NCBI GenBank assembly: GCA_963674705.1
Contig: OY771506.1
Coordinates: forward strand, 640,001 to 704,000
DNA from: Phycisphaeraceae bacterium
GTDB taxonomy: Bacteria; Planctomycetota; Phycisphaerae; Phycisphaerales; Phycisphaeraceae
Length of the DNA stretch: 64,000 nucleotides
Reading direction: 5' to 3'
Shown here: one piece after another, positions 19,981 to 29,530 of the stretch
Layout: the number at the start of each line of letters is the position of its first letter
Numbering within the stretch: the stretch's first letter is position 1
The notes under the pieces: model-generated
What the model saw: only the letters and a program-made list of their open reading frames with translations
Told to the model about the DNA's origin: nothing
The model's database searches: none
Position numbers and translations under genes: made by a program

Positions 19981-20553
19981 TCACAAATACTCGGCCATCA
20001 ATTCCCTGCATGGCCTGGGGATTGTCAAAGCACTGACGAGTAATCCTTTGTTTACGACAACTTCCTTGCCCGCTTCGACCGCTGCATTACACGATGCAAC
20101 CGAACCGGCCATGAGCAGGAATGCCTTACCGCCGAGTGCCATCGCCATGTGGATGCGGAAGAGCGTGATGTCCGCCGCTTTCGCCGCGGCGTCGGCTGCT
20201 TCGAGGATGACGGAAGCTGAGTACGACTCGATGATGCCAAGCGCATCCGGTGTCGCGTGATCGGCGGCGCTACTGGTTAGCTGCACCGACTGACCGAGTG
20301 CGGGGAAGACAGAATCATGCACGCGGGGCACAATCACGTGATCGATCACGCCGTCCGGCGCAGCTTTGAGCCCCGCTTCAACAGAAGCTTGCACAGACGC
20401 GACATCGCCGCCGACAAGGTTGATGTATTTGCCGGAGCAGATGGTTCGGCCGAGGATCAACTGCACGTCCGCAGCCTTGAGCATGGTGTCCTGCACCAGG
20501 TACCCGATGCCGACGCTTGTCAGTTCGATCATGCCGATCGCACGATGTTTCAT
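19981..20553 (-). CDS. pduT: Tandem-domain BMC shell protein (BMC-T), PduT-like
   Basis: Two BMC domains (AIGMIELTS...; ALGIIESYS...ADAAAKAA); TICSGKY keeps the PduT pore Cys; GGAGGAG RBS. Confidence 0.85.
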   Translation of the reverse strand: MKHRAIGMIELTSVGIGYLVQDTMLKAADVQLILGRTICSGKYINLVGGDVASVQASVEAGLKAAPDGVIDHVIVPRVHDSVFPALGQSVQLTSSAADHATPDALGIIESYSASVILEAADAAAKAADITLFRIHMAMALGGKAFLLMAGSVASCNAAVEAGKEVVVNKGLLVSALTIPRPCRELMAEYL

Positions 20554-20587
20554 AGCCAACTCCTCCCGGCCGACCCGGGATGCTTAA

Positions 20588-21895
20588 TCACGCCTCGATC
20601 ACAACCATGCCGTTCACGTTCGTCACACGCCCCGCTATGGATGCGTGGATCGGTACACCCAGCTTACCTGCCGGGGGTTTACCAATGACATCACCTTCGT
20701 TCACCGTATCGCCGACATTCACCGTCGGTTCCGCTGGGGTGCCGATGTGCATGCTCAGCGGGATCGATACCTTCGCAGGCGCATCGCCCGGCTCGATCAA
20801 CGGCCCGACGTTCTTAAAATCACTCAATCCAAGCTTGCGGATCAATCTGCCGATCGGTACGCGACGGTTATTCAGATGCACACTCGGCCTAGTCTCGACG
20901 TGCGGCGGGTTCTGCCACTTCACGCCTTCCGATGCCCGTCGACGCTTGTTCTGCGTGCAGATGTTTTTCGGATCGAGGTCTTCCGGGCAGGCGATCATCG
21001 TGCAGAGGTTGCACTCGCAGCAGAAGTCCGTGCCGATGACATTGGCTTCGCCCATCTCGTTAAAGCAGAGCGAACGCATCGCTTTGTGCGGTTCGATCGG
21101 ATGACCGAGCAGGTATCGTGGGCAGAACTCCGTACAGAAAGAACACTGATCGCAAGCGCTTGCACCGATGCGCGATATCTGCTGCCAGCTTGCGTCGTAT
21201 CTTCGATAGAGGTGATGGTCTTTGGGCAGGACGATCAGACCACCGGTCGTGCGTGTGACAACCTGGCTGAAGTCGGTGCAGAGTTTGCCCATCATCACGC
21301 CGCCGACCAGGCCGAACGGATCATCGCAGGTCGCGCCGCCAGCCAGTTCGATACAGTCAGCCAAAGTGCAGCCGATCGGCACATCAACCGTCACCGGATT
21401 CGCCACCGCGCCGGCGACGGTCAAGAACTTTCGTGTGACGGGCCGTTGCCTTGCGACGTTCATCGCAGTCTCGACGTTCATCACCACGCAGCCGACGGAG
21501 AGCGGGATGTTGCCCGGCGCGATGATGCGCTGTGTGCAATCGTAAACAAGTATGAATTCGTCGCCGCTTGGGTAGCTGTCGCTGAGTTTCTGGATCGTGG
21601 TCTGCGTGTTGAGCATCGGCGCGAGCAGATCGATCACATCTTCGTACTTGCCCTTGATGCCGACGATCGCGCGCTCGGCCCCGACCAACTGCCTGGCAGC
21701 CTCAAGCCCGTCGAGTATTTCCCGGCCGAAGTGGCGCAGCAGTTCCTTGTCTTTATGTAGTAGCGGTTCGCACTCGGCGGCGTTGAGCAGGATGGTGTCC
21801 GCGTTGCCCTTGAGCTTGACGTGGGTTGGAAAGCCCGCGCCCCCTGCCCCGACGACGCCACACGCTTCAATCTGCTCTACCGTGATACCTGCCAT
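20588..21895 (-). CDS. pduS: PduS-like / RnfC-like Fe-S flavoprotein
   Basis: GVVGAGGAGFPTHVKL, NAAECEPLLHKD, two CxxCxxCxxxCP motifs, C-terminal MHIGTPAEP...PIHASIAG. Confidence 0.85.
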   Translation of the reverse strand: MAGITVEQIEACGVVGAGGAGFPTHVKLKGNADTILLNAAECEPLLHKDKELLRHFGREILDGLEAARQLVGAERAIVGIKGKYEDVIDLLAPMLNTQTTIQKLSDSYPSGDEFILVYDCTQRIIAPGNIPLSVGCVVMNVETAMNVARQRPVTRKFLTVAGAVANPVTVDVPIGCTLADCIELAGGATCDDPFGLVGGVMMGKLCTDFSQVVTRTTGGLIVLPKDHHLYRRYDASWQQISRIGASACDQCSFCTEFCPRYLLGHPIEPHKAMRSLCFNEMGEANVIGTDFCCECNLCTMIACPEDLDPKNICTQNKRRRASEGVKWQNPPHVETRPSVHLNNRRVPIGRLIRKLGLSDFKNVGPLIEPGDAPAKVSIPLSMHIGTPAEPTVNVGDTVNEGDVIGKPPAGKLGVPIHASIAGRVTNVNGMVVIEA

Positions 21896-22126
21896 AAGGT
21901 TCCACCTTCAAGCTAGCCCCCGGCAGCCCGAATCGGGCCCAATATATTGTGTAAAACTCTTATTTAAAAGTATTTACATAAATAATAGTGACTCTGAGCA
22001 CAAAATCCACCCAGTATCTAACGATCATACGGATGGATTTATACGATAACATACGAAAGCTTATGATGCAATTTGACATTTATCTATCAGTATGATTCAA
22101 TATCTTCCGTGGAGGACCCCGCCTAA

Positions 22127-22822
22127 ATGACCACTACAGCCCAATCCAGACTGGAACGCTCGCAGGTCGAACAGCTTGTCCGCGAGGTGCTGCGCGACCG
22201 CTGGACCGAGATCGCCCCCACCTACCGCCAGCCGGCGCCGCACAATGGCCCGAACCCGCTAGTGGTCAATGTTTCCGCCCGCCACGTCCACGTGTCGCAG
22301 GAGGCGCTCGAAGTACTCTTCGGCCCAGGCTCAAAACTCACCAAGATGAAAGACCTCTACCAGGACGGCGAGTTCGCTTCCGAGCAGACGGTCAACCTCA
22401 TCGGGCCACGCAACCGCATGATCCCCAACGTGCGGATCCTCGGGCCCACACGTGACTACACGCAGGTTGAACTCAGCTACACCGATGGTGTCTACCTCGG
22501 CCTCGACCTGCCGCTGCGCATCAGCGGCAACCACGAAGGCACGATCGGCGGCGTCCTCGTCGGGCCACACGGCGCACTGAATATCGACAAGGGCATCATC
22601 CGCGCAGAACGCCACGTCCACATGAGCCCGGCCGATGCGGCGCACTACGGCGTCCAGGACGGCCAATACATGAAACTCAAACTCGACGGGCCCTGTGGCG
22701 TTACCTTCGACCGCATGCGCGTCCGCGTACATCCGAAAGTCAAACTCGAAGTACACATTGATACCGACGAGGGCAACGCTTGCCACCTTTCGTCGGTTAC
22801 CCACATGGAACTTATTAAATAA
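22127..22822 (+). CDS. pduL: Phosphate propanoyltransferase (PduL-type PTAC) with N-terminal encapsulation peptide
   Basis: VSARHVH, VRILGP, RAERHVHMSP, HIDTDEGNA; N-terminal QVEQLVREVLRDR. Confidence 0.93.
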   Translation: MTTTAQSRLERSQVEQLVREVLRDRWTEIAPTYRQPAPHNGPNPLVVNVSARHVHVSQEALEVLFGPGSKLTKMKDLYQDGEFASEQTVNLIGPRNRMIPNVRILGPTRDYTQVELSYTDGVYLGLDLPLRISGNHEGTIGGVLVGPHGALNIDKGIIRAERHVHMSPADAAHYGVQDGQYMKLKLDGPCGVTFDRMRVRVHPKVKLEVHIDTDEGNACHLSSVTHMELIK

Positions 22823-22880
22823 CCCTCGCAAGTAAAACCCGCCCATTGAACAGGGCGCCTGCAAACCAGGAGTAATCAAG

Positions 22881-23183
22881 ATGGCACAGAGTGCATTAGG
22901 ACTGGTCGAGACCAAGGGTCTGGCCGCGCTGATCGAAGCGTCGGATGCGATGCTTAAGGCGGCCAATGTCGAGATGATCGGCTGGGATAAGGCCGGCTCG
23001 GGGCTGGTCACCAGCTTCGTTACCGGTGATGTCGCAGCGGTCAAAGCCGCTGTGGATGCCGGTGCAAGCGCCGCGTCGCGCGTCGGTGAAGTGGTTGGCG
23101 TACACGTCATCCCCCGTCCGCACGACGAGATCGATGCGTTGTACCCTGAATCCGCAAAATCCCGCAAAACCAAGGCAAAATAA
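22881..23183 (+). CDS. BMC-H shell hexamer
   Basis: ALGLVETKG...[10 protein letters not shown]...[13 protein letters not shown]...VIPRPH. Confidence 0.95.
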   Translation: MAQSALGLVETKGLAALIEASDAMLKAANVEMIGWDKAGSGLVTSFVTGDVAAVKAAVDAGASAASRVGEVVGVHVIPRPHDEIDALYPESAKSRKTKAK

Positions 23184-23269
23184 GCCGTTTTCGGCTTAGC
23201 GCTCTTGCCTTACCCAAACTTTAACCCGTGTCGGGCCAAGCCAAACCCGCACGCGAAGGAGCAAATATT

Positions 23270-23530
23270 ATGGCAGCGATTGGTATCCTCGAAACACGCG
23301 GCGAAACGGGCCTGATCCAAGGCACCGACGCCATGCTCAAGGCAGCGGATGTTGAACTTAAGAAGTCGATCGGTATTGGTGGCGGGTATGTCACCGTCGT
23401 GGTCACTGGCGATGTCGGTTCGGTCAAGGCGGCCGTCGACGCCGGCGCGGAAGCCGCGGGCAGCATCGGCGAGCTCGTCGCCGCCCACGTCATCGCACGC
23501 CCACACGACCAGTTACTCGACTGCTTCTAA
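23270..23530 (+). CDS. BMC-H shell hexamer
   Basis: AIGILETRG...DAMLKAADV...IGGGYVTV...VIARPH; AAGGAG RBS. Confidence 0.95.
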   Translation: MAAIGILETRGETGLIQGTDAMLKAADVELKKSIGIGGGYVTVVVTGDVGSVKAAVDAGAEAAGSIGELVAAHVIARPHDQLLDCF

Positions 23531-23553
23531 ACCAAGAGTTTGATGGCCTACCT

Positions 23554-23586
23554 CCCTCTCCCCCCGGGAGAGGGCCGGGGTGAGGG
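23554..23586 (+). repeat. REP-like palindromic element
   Basis: CCCTCTCCC...GGGAGAGGG-CCGGGGTGAGGG; the same unit occurs at 31643. Confidence 0.75.
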
Positions 23587-23638
23587 CCGAATACCTTGCG
23601 TAACGAAATAGCACCCCCGACTCACAATAGCACCGCCC

Positions 23639-24829
23639 ATGATCGTCCTCATCGCCAACCTGGGTTCTACGAGCTTCAAATGCAAGCTCTACGATTGCCA
23701 AGATAGCGACGGCAAAAAATCGTTCGACGCGATCGCCACCGCCGCGATCGACCGGATCGGCCTGGGTAATAGTGCGTGGATTATCAAGCACGGTGACAAG
23801 AAGCTTGAGGGCGTTGCTGATCTTGACGGTCACGAGCAGGCGATCGCGCTGGTGCTCAAGCAGTTTGACGAAGTCGGTGCGACGCAGGGCGAAAAGGTCG
23901 GTGCGGTCGGATTCAAGGCTGTACACGGCGGGCCGATCAGCGGCGCGGTGCGAGTCGACGACACAGTGTTGGCAGCGATGAAGGAGTTTTCCGATGTCGC
24001 GCCGGCACACAACCCACCATACATGGCCGCGATGAAGGCGATGGAAAGGGTTTTGCCGGGCGTGCCGCAAGTCGCCGCGTTCGAGACCGCGTTCCACAGC
24101 ACAATTCCGCTGGCTCGACAGGTCTACGGCACACCCTACGAATGGGTCAAGAAAGGCATCCGTCGCTACGGCTTCCACGGCGCATCCAACCGCTACCTTG
24201 CTCAGCGCATGGCTCAACTCGCGCCCGAAGCAAAGAAACTGATCACGCTGCACCTGGGCGGATCGGTTTCCGTCAGTGCGATCAACGATGGGAAAAGTGC
24301 CGCGACTTCGATGGGCATGACGCCTCAGGCGGGCCCGTTCCATGCAAGCCGGGTCGGCGACTTCGACACGTTCGCCATGCTCAAGCTGCAGGCCATGGGC
24401 AAGACCGTGGACGAGATCTTTAACGACCTTGGCAAAAAAGGCGGGATGCTGGGCCTGTCCGGCGTGTCCAGCGATACGCGTGAAGTAAAAGAAGCGGCGG
24501 ACAACGGCAACAAGCAGGCACAACTTGCGCTCGATGCGTTCGTCGAAGCATGCAGGCATTACCTCGGCGCGTATGCCGTCGTGCTCGGTGGTGTTGATGC
24601 GGTCGTATTCAGTGCAGGCATCGGGCAGAACGCGACCTGGCTTCGCGAAGCGATCTGCAAAGACCTTGAATTCCTCGGCATTGAACTCGACCCGGTTAAG
24701 AATAACAGCACAATCGGCAACACCGAAACCACCATCAGCTCGGGCAACAGCAAGACGCAGGTCTGGGTCGTGCCGACGGATGAAGAGGTCGTTGTCGCAC
24801 AGCAGACCGTAGAAGTACTGGAAGCATAA
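23639..24829 (+). CDS. ackA: Acetate/propionate kinase
   Basis: NLGSTSFK, VHGG, APAHNP, FETAFH, IRRYGFHGAS, HLGG, VPTDEE. Confidence 0.92.
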   Translation: MIVLIANLGSTSFKCKLYDCQDSDGKKSFDAIATAAIDRIGLGNSAWIIKHGDKKLEGVADLDGHEQAIALVLKQFDEVGATQGEKVGAVGFKAVHGGPISGAVRVDDTVLAAMKEFSDVAPAHNPPYMAAMKAMERVLPGVPQVAAFETAFHSTIPLARQVYGTPYEWVKKGIRRYGFHGASNRYLAQRMAQLAPEAKKLITLHLGGSVSVSAINDGKSAATSMGMTPQAGPFHASRVGDFDTFAMLKLQAMGKTVDEIFNDLGKKGGMLGLSGVSSDTREVKEAADNGNKQAQLALDAFVEACRHYLGAYAVVLGGVDAVVFSAGIGQNATWLREAICKDLEFLGIELDPVKNNSTIGNTETTISSGNSKTQVWVVPTDEEVVVAQQTVEVLEA

Positions 24830-24895
24830 ACGCGGGATAGAACAACCGCGAAAACGAAAACAACCCACCCATAGGGAACTATCAAGGAGTTAGTC

Positions 24896-25159
24896 ATGGC
24901 ACAGCAGGCCATCGGAACGATCGAGACCATCGGCACCATCAGCGCGATCGAAGCGTTGGATGCTGCGATGAAAGCAGCCAACGTACAGTTTCTGCGCAAG
25001 GATAAACCCGGCAGCGGATTCATCGCAGTGACGATCACGGGCGACGTCGCCGCGGTGAAAGCAGCTGTCGACGCGGGCGCCGAAGCGGCGCGGCGTGTCG
25101 GGCAGGTCGTATCCGTCAATGTCATCCCCCGTCCGCACGACGACGTTTTGAAGATCTAA
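24896..25159 (+). CDS. BMC-H shell hexamer
   Basis: AIGTIETIG...DAAMKAANV...[13 protein letters not shown]...VIPRPH. Confidence 0.95.
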   Translation: MAQQAIGTIETIGTISAIEALDAAMKAANVQFLRKDKPGSGFIAVTITGDVAAVKAAVDAGAEAARRVGQVVSVNVIPRPHDDVLKI

Positions 25160-25181
25160 CCCCCCGGGAAGTTTTCCCTCA

Positions 25182-25204
25182 TAAACGGGGTCAGACCCCG
25201 TTTA
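25182..25204. repeat. Short perfect palindrome (REP-like)
   Basis: TAAACGGGGTC-A-GACCCCGTTTA; related hairpins near 25228 and at 25617-25638. Confidence 0.6.
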
Positions 25205-25263
25205 ATGTGCGGAAGCTTCTCCGGAATAGGTGTCGGATACCTTTTTCTTTGAGGAGATTGCCC

Positions 25264-25611
25264 ATGTTCCTCGGACGCGTGAAGGGTCAGGTCGTTGCGA
25301 CCCTCAAAGACAAGTCGATGCGGGGCGCGAAGCTGCTGATCATCGAGCCGCTGAAGGTGGACTACGATCACGCCAAGCTCGCAGCCAACGGCAACGCGAG
25401 CGTCGGCCGTTTTGCAGTAACCGGTCGGGCCATCGTCGCGCTGGACATGATCGGCGCGGGTGAAGAGCAACTCGTGTTGATCACGCAAGGCTCCAGTGCC
25501 CGCCTGGCGGACAACTGCAAAGACATCCCCACCGATGCGGTCGTCGTCGGCATCGTCGATAGCGCGATGGTCGGCAAGGAGACGATCTACGAATCGTCTA
25601 AGAACAAGTAA
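25264..25611 (+). CDS. BMC-P vertex pentamer (EutN/CcmL family)
   Basis: MFLGRVKGQVVATLK...VALDMIGAG...GSSAR...DAVVVGIVD. Confidence 0.93.
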   Translation: MFLGRVKGQVVATLKDKSMRGAKLLIIEPLKVDYDHAKLAANGNASVGRFAVTGRAIVALDMIGAGEEQLVLITQGSSARLADNCKDIPTDAVVVGIVDSAMVGKETIYESSKNK

Positions 25612-25654
25612 AACCCAAAAGGGGGATAAGCCCCTTTTACATGGTTGAAGTGAT

Positions 25655-27094
25655 ATGCAACAGGAACTGATCGCCAACGTCGTGGAAGAAGTGCTCCGCC
25701 GAATGAACGCCCCCGGAAGTGTTCCAGGGAACGGGCGAGGTGGCTCACCCAATATCACTTCGAGTTCCCATGCCGTGCCGGCTTCGGGTTTATTCACCGA
25801 AGTCGAGCCTGCTGTGCTTGCGGCTGAACGCTCGCAGAAGCAACTGGTTCAAGCGGGCATGAACGTTCGCGCACAGATCTGTGATCTGTTCAAGAAGATC
25901 GCTGCAGACAATGCCGACGCCTGGGGCGCGTTTGAATTGAATGAAACCAAGGTCGGCAGACTTGATCACAAGATCGCCAAGCTTGGTCTGCTCGAAACTG
26001 TACCGGGTGTTGAATTCCTTAAAACACAGGCTTTCTCGGGCGATGATGGGATCGGTCTGGACGAAGCAGCACCATGGGGGGTTATTGGTGTCATTACGCC
26101 GGTGACGCACTCGATCCCCACCATGACAGCCAACGCGATCAGCATGATCGCTGCAGGCAACGCGATGGTAGTCAACGCACACCCGTCCGGTGCCAAGAGT
26201 GCCGCGCTTGCCGCGGAAACCTACAACAAGGCGATCAAGCAGAAGTTCGGGATCGATCCGCTGATCTGCATGATTAATCCGCCGACGTTACGCTCAGCAG
26301 AAGAAATCTTCCGCCACGAGCGCATCCCATTGCTCGTAGCGACCGGCGGCCCGGCCGTCGCGCGTGCCGCGATGAAGCAGCCCAAGCGTGCCATCGTTGC
26401 GGGCCCCGGCAACCCCCCGGTTGTTGTGGATGAAACCGCCGATCTTGATCGTGCCGCCGAATCCATCATCTTCGGCGCCGCGTTCGACAACAACCTGCTT
26501 TGCATCGGAGAAAAGGAAGTCTTTGTTGTCGAGAGCGTGTTCAACGACATGATGGCCGCGATGCGTCGGGCCGGCGCGATGGAACTGAACGCACAACAGA
26601 TAGCCAAACTCACGGAAGCGGCGCTTGAATGGCATAAAGATCACTGGGTAGCAAAGCGTGAATTCGTCGGCGCGGATACATCCGTACTCGCACAGGCAGC
26701 GGGCACGAGTTGCGGCAGTAAAGTCGACCTCTTGTTCGGCGAAACCGCACCGGACAACCCGTTCGTGCCGACCGAGCAGATGATGCCGTTCGTGCCGTTC
26801 GTGCGTGCACGCAACTTTGATCATGCTTTGGAAATGGCGATCGAAAACGAGCACGGCTTCGGGCATACTGCGATCATCCACTCCAACAACCTCGCCAACA
26901 TTACACGCATGGGTAAAGTGATGAACACCACCATCTTCGCCGCCAACGGTCCATCCACCGCGGGGCTCGGTGTTGAGGGCGAAGGTTACCCAAGCTTCTC
27001 GATCGCAACACCGAGCGGTGAAGGCATCACGACGCCGTTGACGTTCACGCGCTTCCGCCGCTGCTCGATCAGCCGATCGCTAAGGATCGTTTAG
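25655..27094 (+). CDS. CoA-acylating aldehyde dehydrogenase (EutE/PduP-like) with encapsulation peptide
   Basis: PWGVIGVITPVTH, ATGGP, GPGNPPVVVDETAD, FDNNLLCIGEK, EQMMP; N-terminal ELIANVVEEVLRRM. Confidence 0.92.
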   Translation: MQQELIANVVEEVLRRMNAPGSVPGNGRGGSPNITSSSHAVPASGLFTEVEPAVLAAERSQKQLVQAGMNVRAQICDLFKKIAADNADAWGAFELNETKVGRLDHKIAKLGLLETVPGVEFLKTQAFSGDDGIGLDEAAPWGVIGVITPVTHSIPTMTANAISMIAAGNAMVVNAHPSGAKSAALAAETYNKAIKQKFGIDPLICMINPPTLRSAEEIFRHERIPLLVATGGPAVARAAMKQPKRAIVAGPGNPPVVVDETADLDRAAESIIFGAAFDNNLLCIGEKEVFVVESVFNDMMAAMRRAGAMELNAQQIAKLTEAALEWHKDHWVAKREFVGADTSVLAQAAGTSCGSKVDLLFGETAPDNPFVPTEQMMPFVPFVRARNFDHALEMAIENEHGFGHTAIIHSNNLANITRMGKVMNTTIFAANGPSTAGLGVEGEGYPSFSIATPSGEGITTPLTFTRFRRCSISRSLRIV

Positions 27095-27115
27095 TACCCG
27101 CACCCGGAGTCACCC

Positions 27116-27415
27116 GTGCAGCTTGCGATGATCAAAGGCAGAGCGACCTCAACGGTCAAGCACCCTTCGCTGGAAGGTTGCCGGATGCTGATCGCGCAGA
27201 TGCTGGATATTAAGCTCGAACCCACAGGCGACCCGGTACTGATCATCGACCGCCTAGGCGCAGGCCACGGCGACCTGGTGATGATTACCTCCGATGGTCT
27301 GGGCCTGCGTAATATGCTCAACGACAACACCAGCCCAGCACGCTGGTGGACCGTCGGGATCGTCGATAACGAAGGCGCACAGATGAGGCTCAACGGAGCT
27401 GCAACCAAAGCATGA
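27116..27415 (+). CDS. BMC-P vertex pentamer (EutN/CcmL family)
   Basis: MQLAMIKGRATSTVKHPSL...DRLGAGHGD...VGIVD. Confidence 0.92.
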   Translation: MQLAMIKGRATSTVKHPSLEGCRMLIAQMLDIKLEPTGDPVLIIDRLGAGHGDLVMITSDGLGLRNMLNDNTSPARWWTVGIVDNEGAQMRLNGAATKA

Positions 27416-28245
27416 GTCAGGTTGATCCACAACTCGTCAAGACGATCGCCGATCTCGTGATCGAGGCGCTATCCAGGCGCACGCAAGCCGCCGACATCAA
27501 GCCGCCAGCCGGGTTGTGCACAGCGGGCGGCGATTCCGGGCCAAGCGATAACACACCGACAATCAAGCCCGTCACGACTTCCACGCCTTACGAGCCACGT
27601 AACATTATCCCCGCTACCGATCGGCCGATGCTGCACGGCATCGTAACTTCGCATCGCCTTGAAGATGCGATCGCTTCTTCGCCGGATAAGGTCGTGAACC
27701 TGGCGATGGATGCACGCCTGACACCGCTAGCTCAAGACATAGTGCGGGCAAATCCAAACGTTGTGCGTCGCGAAAACATCAACGAAAACGACGCCACACT
27801 CAAGCAGCTAAATCACGGCCGGGCGTGGTGCTGGTGGACGTGTTGCAGTTGTGATGCGATACAGCGCACAGTCAGCGAACGTGCGAGCATGCTTGTGCCT
27901 TTGGCAGTGCCGAGGAATTCGAACGCGATCGCCGAGGCGGTGATGGATGCCGACGCGATGATCCGAAGCGGGCGTGTCGCCGGGGCAATCCTCTTTGTCA
28001 GGCAAGCCGCGCGACCGATGTGTTTGGCGAACCGCCGCCGATCCATGCGGGCTGTGCTCGGTTACTGCGACGAGACCGTGATGCACGGCATTCATGCGAT
28101 CGGCGCAAACACGCTGATCCTTGAATTCCCCTATGTGAACTACGAACAGATGTCCACACGTGTCGACATGATGATGCGGTCCGAAGCGAAGCCGCCGATG
28201 GAAATGAAACGTTTCCTGGCGAACGTGGAGGGGCCGGGCTACTGA
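27412..28245 (+). CDS. BMC-associated hypothetical protein with encapsulation-like helix and degenerate RpiB-like C-domain
   Basis: N-terminal LVKTIADLVIEAL, Pro/Thr linker, ARLTPLAQD, CLANRRRSMRAV...GANTLIL; start overlaps the upstream stop. Confidence 0.65.
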   Translation: MSQVDPQLVKTIADLVIEALSRRTQAADIKPPAGLCTAGGDSGPSDNTPTIKPVTTSTPYEPRNIIPATDRPMLHGIVTSHRLEDAIASSPDKVVNLAMDARLTPLAQDIVRANPNVVRRENINENDATLKQLNHGRAWCWWTCCSCDAIQRTVSERASMLVPLAVPRNSNAIAEAVMDADAMIRSGRVAGAILFVRQAARPMCLANRRRSMRAVLGYCDETVMHGIHAIGANTLILEFPYVNYEQMSTRVDMMMRSEAKPPMEMKRFLANVEGPGY

Positions 28246-28256
28246 CCCGCACTATT

Positions 28257-28559
28257 ATGCGAATTGCCACCGTCATAGGTCGAGTTGTGTTGAACCAGAA
28301 GCTGCCTTCGCTGGTTGCGGGGCAGTTATTGCTGGTTGAGGTATTGGATGCGACGGGCTTGAAGGACGGCGCGAAGAAAGTGTGTCGTGCGAGCGCGTCG
28401 CCACAGTCGCTGGTTGTATTTGATTCGTTAGGTGCGACAGTCGGACAGTTGATCGCCGTCAGTGAAGGTCGCGAAGCAGCGGCGCCGTTTCATCCAAAGC
28501 CCGTCCCGGTCGATGCGTATTGCGCCGCGATCCTCGACCAGGTTGAATGGAAAGACTAG
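28257..28559 (+). CDS. BMC-P vertex pentamer (EutN/CcmL family)
   Basis: MRIATVIGRVVL...FDSLGA...SEGREAAAPF...PVDAYCAAILD. Confidence 0.9.
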   Translation: MRIATVIGRVVLNQKLPSLVAGQLLLVEVLDATGLKDGAKKVCRASASPQSLVVFDSLGATVGQLIAVSEGREAAAPFHPKPVPVDAYCAAILDQVEWKD

Positions 28560-28623
28560 CAATTAACCCTCGGCCCACGGCTCTGCCGGGGGATTAATAG
28601 ACGGGGGTGTATTGGAGATAACC

Positions 28624-29490
28624 ATGAACCAGCAGATCTGGAAAATCAAGAAAGACATGTGCGACATCGGCCAACGTATCTGGCAGCGCGGGTATTGTGC
28701 CGGTAATGAAGGCAATCACTCGGTGCGCATCGGTGAGAACCGCGTGATCTGCACGCCGACCGGCATCAGCAAGGGTTTTCTTGAACCGACCGACCTGTGT
28801 GTCGTCGATATGGAAGGTAAGCAGGTTGAACCTAATCCCAAAGGCCGAAAACGCACCAGCGAAGTGCTCGTGCATCTGGCGATCTACAAGAAGTTCTCCG
28901 ATGTCGGCGCGGTGATCCACTCGCATCCACCGCATGCTGTCGCGTTCTGTCTGGCGAACATCCCGCTGCCCGAAGGCATCCACCCCGAGGCGGAAGTGTT
29001 CCTCGGCAAAACTGTCTTCGCCAACTACGCCACGCCCGGCGGGCCCGACCTGCCGCAGAGCTTCATGGATAAACTAACCCCGCTGACCAACACGATCCTG
29101 ATGGCCAACCACGGCTCGATCAGTATCGGTGAAGACCTGACGCAAGCCTATTACCGCCTGGAAATCCTAGACAACTACTGCAAGCAACTGCTGCTCGCCC
29201 GTCAGCTCGGTAAGGTCAACGTGCTGGACACCAACCAGATGATCGACCTGCTCAAGGTTAAAGAAAGCTTCGGTTTCAAGGACGACCGCCTGCAATGCGC
29301 GCCTACCGGCTGTATCGGCACGGAGAACGATCAGTTCCTGACAAATTTTGGTGTCCAGCCTATGAGCGCATCGTGCTCGTGTGATGGCGGTAATGTAGCA
29401 TTTAAATCGGCGGCCGGTAACAGTGAGGCGTTTGAGCGGATGGTTCAGGCTATCACCGATCAGATCATGGCCGCCGCCGGTCGGAACTAA
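28624..29490 (+). CDS. Class II aldolase (fuculose/rhamnulose-1-phosphate aldolase-like) with C-terminal encapsulation peptide
   Basis: GNHSVR, TPTGISKG, TSE...H, AVIHSHPP, LMANHG; C-terminal FERMVQAITDQIMAA. Confidence 0.9.
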   Translation: MNQQIWKIKKDMCDIGQRIWQRGYCAGNEGNHSVRIGENRVICTPTGISKGFLEPTDLCVVDMEGKQVEPNPKGRKRTSEVLVHLAIYKKFSDVGAVIHSHPPHAVAFCLANIPLPEGIHPEAEVFLGKTVFANYATPGGPDLPQSFMDKLTPLTNTILMANHGSISIGEDLTQAYYRLEILDNYCKQLLLARQLGKVNVLDTNQMIDLLKVKESFGFKDDRLQCAPTGCIGTENDQFLTNFGVQPMSASCSCDGGNVAFKSAAGNSEAFERMVQAITDQIMAAAGRN

Positions 29491-29530
29491 TTGACTTCGT
29501 AAAAGTCGTCTGTGTGATGGAGCACCGTGT

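Noticed and set aside
20645..21760. 371 aa plus-strand ORF
   Set aside because: Antisense shadow of the PduS-like gene
21896..22126. ATACG/TATGAT short repeats as a DeoR operator in the BMC divergent promoter
   Set aside because: Spacing is irregular and the repeats are too short to call, although an operator is likely somewhere here
23513..24868. 451 aa minus-strand ORF
   Set aside because: Antisense shadow of the acetate kinase gene; no motifs
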